Assembly: GCA_907165135.1 (NCBI GenBank)
Contig: OU015569.1
Location: forward strand, 6,064,769 to 6,128,768
Origin: Oikopleura dioica
Lineage: Eukaryota > Animalia > Chordata
Length of the DNA: 64,000 bases
Direction: 5' to 3'
The notes under the pieces are model-generated. The model was not told where the DNA came from. It did not search any database and saw only the letters and a list, made by a program, of their open reading frames with translations. Below, in pieces: positions 51,778 through 63,780 of this stretch. Both the position numbers and the translations under genes were made by a program. The stretch's first letter is position 1; each line of letters begins with the position of its first letter.

Positions 51778-52899
51778 GCAGTAAGTTATCGTGCAGAATC
51801 TCTTAATTATGTTTGTACAGGGTGACACCTGTAGTTATTATTCACTATTCATGTCACCTGCATTTCATAGCGTTTCTACGTCGGAAAACTAAGTTTCTTT
51901 CAGCCTCACCTATGAATATATATATATCTTGACCTTGTTCCCTTCACAAACAAGGACTTATTTTGACCTGACAATAGTGAACTGTAACACTAGCGGCAGG
52001 CGGAAAATTTCAGACACGATGTTGTTTTTATTTTATTTTACCCAGCTACACACAAAACAAGTCCGAGCATCAATTCAAAATTTTTTCGCTTATAAACTGC
52101 GAGTACTTTCAACATTTTTAAGGCAGCAAGGTCAACAATGCTTTTCAGTCAAAATTTTTTAATATTAGAGATTCAGTGAATGATGAAGTCATAGCTCTGG
52201 ATTTTTACTGTTCCCTTGGCGATGATGCGTAGGCCTACACTTTTGTTCAAAACGTAAAGTATAAAGTAAATCGCCTACGTATGATTTTGTGCACTTTTTC
52301 CTCTCAAATTGATGTATTCAAAAAATATCATATCTGCAGCATAAAAAAAAAGATCTCACGGTTACATCAATTAATCGCTGAAATACTTCGCTACCGCAAA
52401 AATCTCGATGTTGTCACGATTATGTGGCTTTGGTCGCTTCTGGTAAAAGTGTTTTTTGAAAATGTTCCCGTAGCGTATTTTTTCTCCTGGAACGGTTGAA
52501 ATTTCTTAGCGGATCTTTTTCTCAATTTCGATAAGACGGCGTCATTACTTCTACTATTTTATTGCAAGCTTTCACGCACTTTCAAGTGTTTTTTATCAGT
52601 CATTAATCCTTCTGAAGGGCAACTTGAAAAATTCATGGGATAATTATGTAGTAATCCATCTGATACACCATTGATTAAAAAAAAGTAGGCTTCAAACATG
52701 CTTTACTGAAAACTATTGGAGAGATAACTCGCCAGCTCAATGATCTCTGTTAAACTAACGCTCTTCTCCTGATTTTGTTAAAGTTGAAATTCTGAAAAAA
52801 AGTATGTTCGACACATTAACTGCCAAATTCTCAATAAAAATCTCGTACACATTTGAATCGTTTGAATTTATTTATGGAGGTTATCGCATGAACATCGAG

Positions 52900-53639
52900 A
52901 AAATGGAGTTAAGAGCAAGTAGTTAGACAATCATACCTCCTTGCAAGCTTCGCATGCATGTGGCTGTTCAAGAAAAGAGTGAGCCTGGCGTTCATGTCTC
53001 TTTAAATCTTTCTTCCAGATGAATCCATTTTTGCAAATGCCGCCTTCAGATTAAAATTTGAGAAGGATCACAGGTGCAAGCAACATACATGTAAGTTGGA
53101 TAATCATTTCGATTATGTTTGTTGGCGATATGAACTTTCAGATCGGCTTTTCGAGCATAGTAGACAACATTTGTGCACACAGTGCCTCCCTAGATAACTC
53201 AGTCAGGTTTTAGCTTGAAGAGGCAGACACTTACATTCAAAGTGACTCTCTGCGATGTGAACCTCAAGTTCAAGTCTTGATTGAAATCGTATTCGACAGC
53301 ATTTAAAGTCAGTAGTTATTGGATCCTTATGCTGCGTCAAAACATGTCGATTGAGCTCAAATTTTCTTCCGAAGCTCTTTTTGCAATGATGACCTAGAGA
53401 CGTGAAGGCTACTCAGAGTTCATGGCTGACTCAGATACGAATTTCGGAGCAGTTTTTGTATGTTTGAGTGAAACATGGAGTTTCAAGTCGGCCTTCTGCT
53501 TGTAGCGTGTACCGCAGTAACTACAAGCAAACGGTTTAATGTCCAGATGCACATTTAGATGTCTCTGTAAACGGATCACTTTCTTGAAATTAAAACCGTG
53601 AAATAACTCTACAATAATATACGAAATCCCGCTCTTCAA
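52900..53639 (-). CDS. C2H2 zinc-finger protein with at least four fingers. The 3-prime end is uncertain.
   Basis: The fingers read FACSYCGTRYKQKADLKLHVSLKH, HHCKKSFGRKFELNRHVLTQH, FKCCRIRFQSRLELEVHIAESH, CTNVVYYARKADLKVHIANKH and CKNGFIWKKDLKRHERQAH. Confidence 0.6.
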
Positions 53640-53687
53640 GCGTTGCGCATTGAACCCAACAAAATCACAAATTGTACAAACAGGTTT

Positions 53688-54210
53688 TTTTTAAGACAGC
53701 TCCTCAGCTGTGGAGCGGTTTTCAGTATCTTTGAATAAAGATATTTCAATTATCTCTTTTGCATCACGTAGGGGAGGGTCCATAGTGTGTTAAATAAGCT
53801 TTTGGTGTCTTCATCTTAATCGGTGGTGGAGTAATGACGTCATTATTCCGTCATTCTGCCTCTTTTGTCCACGGCACCAAAAAATTGAAAAGTGGTAAAA
53901 AGCGATAGACTCATGTTCATTTCGCACAGAGATCTTCGTCACATCAGTATCAAGTATTTCTGATGTGTTCTGGTGTCAGCACCAATGTTAGTGGTGGAGT
54001 AATGACGTCATCGCCAATCTTTCCTATGATTTTAGTGTATTTTTGACTATCTGATTACTCCACCACCACTGATGGTATTGACACCAAATCCTTATTTAAC
54101 ACACTACAGACGTTCTCTGATAAGATACAAAAGAGAGAATAAAAAAATCTCGACTCTAAGGTTTTCAAAATCGCTCCACAGTTGAGGAGCTGTCTTAAAA
54201 AAAAACCTGT
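53688..54210. mobile_element. Foldback/MITE-like element of about 520 bp with 150-bp terminal inverted arms, beginning aacaggtttttttt aagacagctcctcagctgtggagcg.... The interior carries three copies of ggtggtggagtaatgacgtcat, each containing a CRE-like TGACGTCA.
   Basis: The left arm at 53688-53840 is the reverse complement of 54060-54210 with a few mismatches. It lies about 50 bp upstream of the zinc-finger gene start. Confidence 0.5.
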
Positions 54211-55290
54211 TACACTTGTATGTTTCTGCCATAGGATCATCAAATACGCCCTCAGAAGTATTCGAAGAAGATGCCGATTCAGAATTATTTTTAACATAAG
54301 TTCGAGGAACTGATGGGTGATTTTTGCTGGAAACTCAACGACGCCTCAGACAATTGTATTGTTTGAACCGGCGCAGGCTTAGCCGATATGCGAAGGAGAA
54401 AGGCTTTCAACTCATTGGCAACAAATGCTTTGATCTTCTCGATTTCGCTTGTACTATCGACTAACTCGCTCTCTGGAACCCAAGATGGATTGTCAATGCC
54501 CTTCAGTACGACCAGATAATCTTTTTTCTGATTCGCCTCTCGCACGTCGATAACTTTTCCAAATTTCATTTTCAACGATCAGAGTCAGGGGAGAACAAAA
54601 AGTTTGCTGTGACAGTCATTCTTAACGCAAACCGGAGAATTAGCGAAGACAGCCAGAGCGACTACATCTCAGAGGACCTCTTCAATTTGATAAAAAATGA
54701 GGAAAAACGTCAAAGGAATTTGAATTGTCATATTTTATTCTCGGTTATTTGGTTTCATTAAAAAGGTGTAGGGCATGCTTGCTCTGTAAGGGGTCAAGAT
54801 GAGAAAAATAATCCTATGTAGACTTTGGTGATGCACCTGGTTGGTTAATATATGAACGAAGATGGGGAAAAGGGTCGGTTGGCACGGTGGCGAGTGTTTT
54901 AGGTTACGATTTTGTCGGTTTTTTTATTTGTACAATGAGTCCTAATAAAATAATAAGAAAAGGTTGTGGAGGAATTTTGAAAAGTGATATCTGTGATTAG
55001 ACTTTTTATTTTTCTTCGAACAGACGCCACCATGAGAGATGAGAGGAGTTGAACTTTGAGACGAACAAAAATGCACAAAAAGGCTAAATCACAAAATTCG
55101 CCGTGGCCGCGTATAATGTTTTGATGGTTTTGTTGGATGCCTTCCAGTTCAAATTTGAGGCGTCTGGATCCTCTGGAAATATTCTTAACATCGGGCAAAC
55201 ACTACAAATTTGAAGGTGAAAACATCCAAGGGCCTCCAGCGTAGAAAAGGGAGCCGATTTTCGATGAGGAAGGAGCTTCTTGAGTTGGAC

Positions 55291-56245
55291 TTATGATGTT
55301 TTGGCCATGTTCTTGACAGACATGAGGGCCTCCTTGCCGATGGCCTAAAAATAAACGTTATAACCATGATTAAAGTGATAACAAAGGAAGGAACTTTTTG
55401 GATGTCGGAAATGTATCATTAATTTAGTCTCGAGACGGTACATAAAAACCGGCTCAAGGTGGAAAAATTGAGTTCATCTACCACCCGTCAATTAACTTGC
55501 ACAACATGGAAACGCACGAGTTACTCAAAAAACGAGTGGACGAAAGAGAGAAAAAGGACTTGGCGATCGAGGGCACTTACGGAAAGAACGCAGACGAGGG
55601 CGTCTTCTTCAGCATCAATCTTGGCCTGGATCTCTTTTCGGACTTCGGGGTCGATAGCCTGGAGATCGTCTCGGGTTTCACCCTGATCGTCCATGAGGGT
55701 GACGAAACCTTCTTCGTCCATGTCGATAAGCTGCAATTCAGTTCGCTTGACGATTGGGCACTCCATGTTGTGGGTGGAGGGGCAGATATCTTCAAGCTTC
55801 TTGCCATCTAAGCGAATTCGTTAGGAAACTTTTGATTAAAATGAAGTTGAGGTGGAAAAAAACGAGTTGAATGTCTCGGGTGATTAGTATCAGAAAGGCA
55901 CTAGGAGCCTCACCAATGTGGAAAGCAGGAAATTACTATTGGCCGCAGATTAAGCGCACAAAAGAACTGATTTTTTTGATGAGCGCGGAGTATTAAATCC
56001 ACGGCCGGAAATGATTAATTCGAAATACATGGAAAAAAGGGCTTACCGAAGATGTCGAGAGCGACCATGTGGACTTTAGCGTGGCCGTGCTTGCCAGTCT
56101 TGGAGGTGGACATATCGACGATCTTGCAGGCTTTGCCCTTGATCATGACGAATTCACCCTTTCGGAGAGCAGAGCACTGCTTTGGGTAGGTGAGGGAAGC
56201 TCCGGACTGCGTTCCTTCGAATTCGTAATCTTCGTGATCCGACAT
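55291..56245 (-). CDS. EIF5A: Translation initiation factor eIF5A.
   Basis: [66 protein letters not shown] carries the hypusine-site motif [12 protein letters not shown]. Exon 2 reads [30 protein letters not shown]...LVCVLS and exon 3 reads [17 protein letters not shown]-stop. There is a 5-prime UTR intron, and tctttcag lies immediately before the ATG. Confidence 0.95.
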
Positions 56246-56779
56246 GGTTACCTTCTGAAAGAGGGGAAATTAGTATTTCTCTCGGCGTCTTCTTTTTATG
56301 AAAATGGATTCTTTTATATAGGGAAAAATCAACCCCATAAGGGTTCATTTTTTCCAACTCGATTGTCGAGTCCCAAAAACCTACTGTGAAAAGGGGAAAA
56401 TATAAGAAAAAGAAATTCTCGAAAAATGACAAAACCTTTTAGCCAAATTTCGCTAGTAACGGTAATTGAAGGTAAAGGCAGTGAGTGGAGATTGTCGACT
56501 GTAAGGTTAAAAATGAGTAGAATTGAATGCAAGTGCAAATTGAATTTATTTTTCAAGCGCTTACCTTCGACAAGATCCGTTGTTTAGATAGATAAAAAAT
56601 GTGGCTCGCTATTGGTTCGCTTGAACTGTGCGGAAAACTGGGGCAGTGAGGTACGGTGTTGTGGGGCGGTGGTGTGATGCATAAAACAGGCGAGATTAAA
56701 ATGAAACGAAGTTAAAACAGATGAGGAGGGGAGGTAGGGCGGTGAAGATATGAAGGTTCGTTGCATAAAATAACGTGTA

Positions 56780-57000
56780 GATAGGTGCGTTTTTGGACTG
56801 AGAAGGTAAGGCAGGGCGGGGTGGTGCTCCTCAGCTGATTGGAGGGCGACGTGAAATTTCTCTGTAACTGGGGAAAACCATAATCTAGCGGATAGTGACA
56901 CACGTGAGGAATGGAGCAACGTTTAGCTGCGCGCGAGCGGCCAATGATTCGCGCGGGCGGAGCTTCGTAGGCGCCGAGATCAAAACCAAGCACGACTTGA
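56780..57000 (-). promoter_or_regulatory. GC-rich putative promoter/first non-coding exon region of eIF5A with two CCAAT boxes (cagctgattgg; gcggccaatgattcgcg).
   Basis: Sequence composition and motif reading. A candidate non-coding exon donor (TCGAAG|gtaagcgc) sits near 56563. Confidence 0.3.
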
Positions 57001-57348
57001 AGTGATGTAAGCACGCACTCACGCAACTCCCCGACGCCAAATACCTGAAAGGGAAATCTGAATGTCAATTTATCTTTCTCTTTAAATTTGAAAATTATTC
57101 GTTGGCTTTTATGCGTCATTTTATCCTCTTCCCCACTATTTTTCAAAAATTCGTGAAGCTTCCACCGAAGGAATAATGCTTGAGAAAAATTCTCCCTTTC
57201 TTATTGGCTAGAAAGCCATGGGAAACTGCGTTGCAAATTAGGAAGGCGGAGATCAGGCGCCTTCAGAACTCACTCGGGCCACACGCAGTGCTGAGAAGTT
57301 GTTACCTCAAAATTGACGCGCTGAGTGATTGATTACCCTCTCCTTGAT

Positions 57349-59698
57349 TACCTAACGATCGTCGGAGTCGCGTCGTCGTCGCCGGAAGTTGTCGGAAGAG
57401 TACGAGTTGCGGCTGGAGCGAGTGCAGTGCTCGCCTCGGAAGTCACGCCGCATCGAGCCGCCACTGAAGCCGCGTCTTTCGCCGAAGGATGAGTGATCTC
57501 GATCGTCTCTTCTTTCTGTTCCTTGGTACCGGTTCGACTCGAACCTTGAACCTAGGAAAATGGCTCTAGAAGCTCGGAGGACCTTTTCTTTACCTTTGAA
57601 TCGACCAAAGTTTCGATCGTCTCTCCTTAGAGTCGAGAAAGGACGGTCGTCGGTCCTTTCCCGATCTCCGTAATTCCGGCCGGAATTGTTGTAAACTCGA
57701 ACTTCCCTCTCAGAATCGTTGCGATTTTCGTGCGTTCGAAATTCTTGACGAGAGTCGCTCCTCTCCGTTCGATCGTCCTTTCGGCGGAAGACTTCGCGAT
57801 CGGAGTCGCGATTCGACTCGCGGCTGTCTCTTCGGAAGCGGCCATCCCTGTTCATGTGTCGGAGATAGCTGCCGGAGGAGTGTCGGCCTCGCTCGCCACT
57901 GTGATAGAATGCGCTCAGCCGATTTCGGTTGTTATTCCGGTCCGAGAGGGAGCTATATTCTTCTCGAAATCGACGCTCAATCACAAAAGACAGTACCTTT
58001 TAAACGGTCGAGCCGGGCCAGGCTTATCCTTTTCTCCCCTGGAGGAAAGCGAACTTTTCCTCGATCTATCAGAACTTTGACCATCCTCGCGTGGAACTGA
58101 CTTGCGCAGACATGATTTAAGCTGCATCTCCGTTGTAGATGGAGGCTCGCTCTCGACCTTAGATAGATTTGGCGAGTTGGCGGACGAAGACACAGCATCC
58201 CAGGGAGTGTCGCTACTTCTATCAACGCGCACTTGATTGAAGAGGCAGCCTTGACTCGTCACAGGAGTTGTATCCATAGCACAATTGCGTCCCGGAGAAG
58301 CTGGCGGTTCCGTTTTTACGAGTTCGTCATCCTCGTCGCTGCTCCAAGATTGTTTCTTCTGTTTCTTGAGGCAAGACGGTCTTGGCTTCGGCTCCGCCAC
58401 CGTCGGACTAAACGAACCGCCTTCGTAAACGAAAGTCATCTCCGGGGTTGCTTCCTCCGACTCGCTGCTTGTAGATGAGTCCCTCTTCTTTCTGATATAG
58501 GATTAGAAAACAGGCACTCTAGTTTAAGAGTTACCCTTTGAATGCGTCTATAAGAAATAGACGCCGTCGGGCAGGGCTTTCTTCCCCAAGTGCGCGCCCT
58601 CGCTGACCTGAGCCAGGAGTGGAAGAGAGCCCTTCTTTTTTGCTTTTCGGGGTCAATTGATCGTAGACGGAAAAGCGCGATGGCTGAGAGTTCTTTGGGG
58701 ATCCGTTGCCTCTACCGTTCGTGGAAGAGTCAAACGAGCTGAACATCTCGTCCTTTTCCTTTTCCGGAAGTTCGAAATGGTCTCTGGCGAGTGTGGCATC
58801 GGCGTCTTTATTGAAAAATTAGTAGAGATCTTTGTAACTTATTCATAAGAGAAACACCTTATTAGAAAATTATGTTATTGAAATTCTCAACACTCTGGAA
58901 TACCTTGTGCACGAGAGTTTCAATTTTGATTTTGCAAGCATTTAAACCGCCAAAAATATTTGATAGATTTGACGGAGTTTTGAACTTGCGTAATTTGAAA
59001 ATCGATTATCAGAGATTGTACCCGGTGAATTTACCTTTTTCTGGTTCTTGAATAACAAGACGAGGAGATAGGGAGTCATTCTCGGTCGAGTCTTCAGGGA
59101 CACTCGCGAAATCGAGCGACTTCGGTTCGACAGGTTGTCGCCTCTCGGCGTCATCGGCTGGGGGAAGTGGTATCTAATGTCTCGTTAGAAATGCTAATTA
59201 ACACTTATTTAAACTTACGTCTGCCGGGTCGATTGTCGCAGGTGCCTGCACCTCTTCCCTGTTTGGAAGATAAGTTCCAGTGTTACGTCCAATGTAATTG
59301 GGTGTTGTTCCAGGCTCAGGACAAGGTAGAAGGGGGAAATCAAGGATATCAAGTGGTCCGTCTACGTTGTTGATGCGCCCCATTCTGGCCACGAGCGCCA
59401 CTCTTTGACCCAAATAATCATCTTGGTTATGTGGTTCGTATTCAGCTTCCAGAGAGTCGTTGATGTGGAAGTTTTCCAATTCTTCTCCTTCATCGACGTC
59501 GCCGGCAAAAACTGTAGGTCGACCAACCCGGACATCTTCGAACTCGTGCGCGTGATCTTGGAGAACGAAGTTCATATAGCGCCTCACTTCATCCAGTCGA
59601 AGACGGGTGTTCAAAGCGACGGCGATGATGAGCCTAGTCGGTTCCTCATGCTCCATGGCATAAGACTTACGAAAAACCGTGTCTGAAAAAACATGCAT
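57349..59698 (-). CDS. Protein with a conserved-looking N-terminal domain (HEEPTRLIIAVALNTRLRLDEVRRYMNFVLQDHAHEFED...) and a long Arg/Asp/Ser/Glu-rich low-complexity tail (RD/RS-like). Function unknown; possibly a nuclear RNA-processing protein.
   Basis: Minus-strand ORFs 59198-59698, 58942-59154, 58531-58746, 57981-58439 and 57352-57984 run consecutively. The tail reads RDSRESNRDSDREVFRRKDDRTERSDSRQEF.... Confidence 0.45.
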
Positions 59699-59862
59699 CA
59701 GAAAAGAGTTATTAAAAAACTATGATTTTAGAACTATAAAAATATAATAATTTCAAGACGAATACATGAATGAGAACGGGGGTTAACAAGATGCAAAAAG
59801 AGTGAATGAATGAAAGAACTCTTTTTGATTGGATGTTGTTGAAAATTGTGAAGAGTGCAGAG

Positions 59863-60329
59863 CGGCGACTTTACTCGTTGGGATTTTGAATGACGATCAG
59901 AAGGAACTCTTTTTCTGAAGAGAAAGATGTTGAGAAATGATTGATAAAGGAGGACGATACCTGGAGCGATGATGATTTCGTACTTTTTACTTCGAACTCT
60001 AACGAATGTCAGATCGTTCTGAGGGTCAATATCACGGACCTTAAGTTCTTGCTTAGTATTGGCTCTCTTTGTCGGTAAGCAGATCAGTAGACTCTAATGA
60101 TGAGAGAGAAAGACTTACGACAGATCGCGCTTTAGCAGCGAGTTGTGTGATAAGACCGGCGTACTGGACGGTGGTAGAGTTATCCAAAGTGGTTCTCATT
60201 GGAATGCCTAAATAGGAATGATTTAAATGCATCGAGGAATCCAGTTTTACCTTCTTTGTCGATAACGATCAAGCCAGTGACGCCCTTGTGTGACTGGAGA
60301 CGCTTGATGGTTTCATCAACTTCCGACAT
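59863..60329 (-). CDS. DYNLRB: Dynein light chain roadblock-type (LC7).
   Basis: Four small exons read [27 protein letters not shown] / [30 protein letters not shown] / [31 protein letters not shown] / [13 protein letters not shown]-stop. Confidence 0.9.
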
Positions 60330-60420
60330 TTTTGAGTTCCTGTCTTACCAGTCTGAAATACGATTGGATAAACACAGGATAACCTTTCACATTGTCTATT
60401 TGCACTGAAAAAGGAACTTT

Positions 60421-60817
60421 TTACTTCTGAGCAGCTCGCTTCTGGGAGGCGAGGACGGCAGAGGCCTTCTTGACGGCAGCTCGCTAAAAACAGCTATAAG
60501 GACGATGTTCTAGAAATGCGAGTACTCACGGTCTGGTCCTTTCGGAAAGCACCCTGCTTGGCAACGTTTCGAATAGATTTGAAGGTCTTTCGGGAGCTCT
60601 TCTTCATGGTAGTGTTCAATTTGCCGGCGGAGAAGTTGACGCCACCTTCGGCATTAGCAGAGACCTTGAGGCCTCGCTGTTCAACGAGAGTATTGAATCG
60701 GAGAGACTTTCGGCCGTTGAGGTGGCCAGGCTCCTTGGTCCAGGTTCGTCCAGCCCGCTTGATGTCGAAGGCGGAGAACTTGTTGATGATGGCCCACTGA
60801 AGATGAGAAGTAGACAT
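60421..60817 (-). CDS. RPL28: 60S ribosomal protein L28e.
   Basis: MSTSHLQWAIINKFSAFDIKRAGRTWTKEPGHLNGRKSLRFNTLVEQ...KDQT splices to RAAVKKASAVLASQKRAAQK-stop. Human RPL28 reads [43 protein letters not shown]. Confidence 0.9.
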
Positions 60818-60998
60818 GATATCCGAGTTCAAGACTAAAAAAAGATGCGCGTTAAAAGAGTCAATCTACGTTAAGAATATCAGTAATATTAACTTATATC
60901 GACTGAACTTGAAGAAGGGATTTTTAAACGGTTAATCGAAATAATAAGGAGAAATAAATTATCAGTTAGATCAATTGTTTAGGCCAGAGGTTTTCGCA

Positions 60999-62514
60999 GA
61001 ATCAGGAATCTTTTAACGATGCAAAATACCGCTTGCTCGCTTCGTATGAGCCCATCATAATCGCACAAGCAGGGACAACTTTCATCAAACGTGGAGAGAA
61101 CCCGCGGAAAAAGCCTCGCGTTCCATTTTCTTCCTTGATAAGACGAGCGATTGTGGATATACTCGGACTTTTGGTCATATCTGAGCCAAGCATCGTTTGT
61201 TGCCGTGTTTTGATAACATCGAATGGCTGATAGTTTATGACTTATTCCAAAATGAATGAGGTTCAAAGACTTACAAGAGTGAGAATGCCTGCGATTGCCG
61301 CTGCACAGGAAGCGCACACCAAATTTCTCGTGTGAAATGAGTCAATCGGCAGTTGCGTTTTCAAGCTTTCGTAGATGCCAAAGTAGAGGGCAGAGAACGG
61401 GACATCGCGGAGGAGTGTAGCGCTGAAACCAATGCCAAGGGTGCGCCATCCTTGAGCACGAAACGTTCTTCCAAAGAGTGAGGTAGTTGCACCCCACGTT
61501 AACCCGTCGACTTGCATTCGCGTCCGAATCATTTCCATCGGAGATACTGAAATGATATTAGGTTTTAAAAAATATAAATTCGGGTATGATGATTTAAAAG
61601 CGTTGATTCCTACCTATAACAGTTGTAAGAGTTCTTGCAGCAGCGCCACCGAAAAATGGAGCGATGTCGAGATAGGTTTCCGGTAGATAACTCTCAAACA
61701 GATCGCGAAACTGCTCGAACGAGGTAAAGTACAGGATTGTAGCGGGAAAAGCCATCACCATCGTTGCGGGGAGTCCAGACCACAAGCTAGCAATACCTTC
61801 AGTTCGGGCTAGATGTGCCATCAAACGGAACGGATTAGACTCGCCAACTGGACATGAGATCGCTCTTAGGTACCTAAGTACAAATAAGAAAGTTGAAAAA
61901 AATTATGAAGAGTATGCTAGGAATAGAACGAAACTGTCGGGACCATTGGAGACAGAAGCCGCAAGGAGCGCGATCTCCTGAACTATGAGGGACCTTTTTT
62001 CTTTACGGATGTTTCAAGCAGGCATGGAAAATGAGATTCTGCTAACAAGACGTAAGCGTTCTCCCAGATTAGACCGTCAATTTGACGACCACGCTTCACT
62101 TTAAAAAGTGAGAAAGATCCATCCGAAATGGCTCAACCAAAACTGCAAAGAATGAAACTCACCAAGGTTTAGAGGCGACTGGCCGGTATGTGTCCGTTGA
62201 ATGAGCGCATTCTTTGAAAGAATTAGGTCTGGAAAGACGAGGTGTCGTGCCCAGCCGAAGAAGGCATTCAGCAGAAGCTCGCGAACATTCAATTGCTTTT
62301 TTACCTTTCGGGTCTTGGCAACAGAGGATATGATCCATGAGGCCATTGCAGAATGGGATTACTTGCGGTTTCAATCCCTTTTTGAGTCGACCACTCTGCA
62401 AGCGAACTGAAGGAATTATTAATATCCTGAACATCAGAGATCAGAAGGACCTTTTATGACGTCGAATGGCGTCATTGTCAGGGCTGTGATAGTCGCGCCC
62501 GACATCGATGCCAG
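60999..62514 (-). CDS. SLC25A39: Mitochondrial carrier of the SLC25A39/40 type, with a Cys-containing matrix loop.
   Basis: ...TMTPFDVIKVRLQSG...PFCNGLMDHILCCQDPKGKKAIEC...EGIASLWSGLPATMVMAFPATILYFTSFEQ...RDVPFSALYFGIYE... has the same pattern as SLC25A39, including its Cys-rich loop. Confidence 0.85.
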
Positions 62515-62844
62515 CATCTGCTCCTTTGGCTCTAACCTAGGCCTAGGGTCGCGACGCATTCTGAAATTCATGTCGGATTAAGATCTGGCGCGTGGAATAG
62601 ACATGTAACATGTATAGTAACTGTATACTAACTCGGGCAGTGACATAAGGTAGTCAAATGACTTTGAACTTTTTTAAAAACTAGAATGATTGACGAACAA
62701 TATTTTAAGGTTGGTCAATCATTTTAGCGTGATTTTTTGTTTTTGACAATTCCCAAAACAAGTCCAGGAGAACTTGGAATATTGGTTTAGAAGAATCCTG
62801 TTGTGAATTCCCAGAAGTCAGGGTCGAGTGGTAAAAATCTTAGT

Positions 62845-63780
62845 GCAATCTACATAAGTCGTCGACAAGTCTAACGACGTCGTCAAGTGTAACAGGTGCG
62901 CCATCCATAGTAAGATCGGTGATGACTTCTTTTTGCTTTTCTGGGCGGAGGTCCTAGAAAATTTAATTTTAACTTGTCAATGAGAAGAAGGAAAATAAAT
63001 AAAAATAAGGTTTTTTATGTAATTCACCCGCTGATACGCTGCTTCATGGAGTTAAAAAGCAAGCGACAACTGATAATTGTTTTATTTCCCTCCCCTTAAA
63101 TCCAACTCGAAGCACAAAGCCAAGGCTGGGTAAGAAAAGAGGTAAATTTTTAACTGAGTTGCACCGAAACGAAACGCACCTGAAACATCTCGACAAGGTC
63201 GCCATCGACGAAGCCTTTGCAGTCTTCCATTCTCGAGTCGCTTTCAAAGCTCCGCCAAGACTCATGATCGATTTTGCCGACTCCTCGGATGACTTTGCGC
63301 ATCTTCGTTTCCAACTTCGACAAAAACTGCCACTGCTTTTCGGGAAAAATGACAACTAAACAATCCGTCTAAGTATTCTAGAGAATGAAAAGTTAACTTA
63401 CGAAGACCAACGTAGCCAGAGACGCTCCCCATGAGAAAGGTTCTCTTCGGAGTTATGGATGACTCAACGTGAACGTCCATAACTAGATTACCCTCCACAA
63501 TTGTATTGACGTGCTCTCCAACGTGATAATATCCAATCGGAAGAAGTTGCTGCCTGTCCTCTTCATCTGGCGCGTCCGCGTTCTATCGACCGCTTTTAGT
63601 TTTACGGAATTAGAGGTAAATCGTTACCCTGGCGCAGATGAAAATATTCTCTGAGTTTTCAGCACCAATATAAGTATCATCGTCCATAATTTTGATGCAC
63701 GTCATCCAATTAGGATGGTAGTCTCGAGCAATTTCCTCCAGTGCACCCTCAAGTGGCTTGTATGAGAAAACTGAAATAAA
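62845..63780 (-). CDS. Multi-exon gene of unknown function. Exons read ...DYHPNWMTCIKIMDDDTYIGAENSENIFICAR / ...LLPIGYYHVGEHVNTIVEGNLVMDVHVESSITPKRTFLMGSVSGYVGL / VVIFPEKQWQFLSKLETKMRKVIRGVGKIDHESWRSFESDSRMEDCKGFVDGDLVEMFQ / ...DLRPEKQKEVITDLTMDGAPVTLDDVVRLVDDLCRLH-stop.
   Basis: The minus-strand exons join cleanly through GT..AG introns. I recognised no family. Confidence 0.35.
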
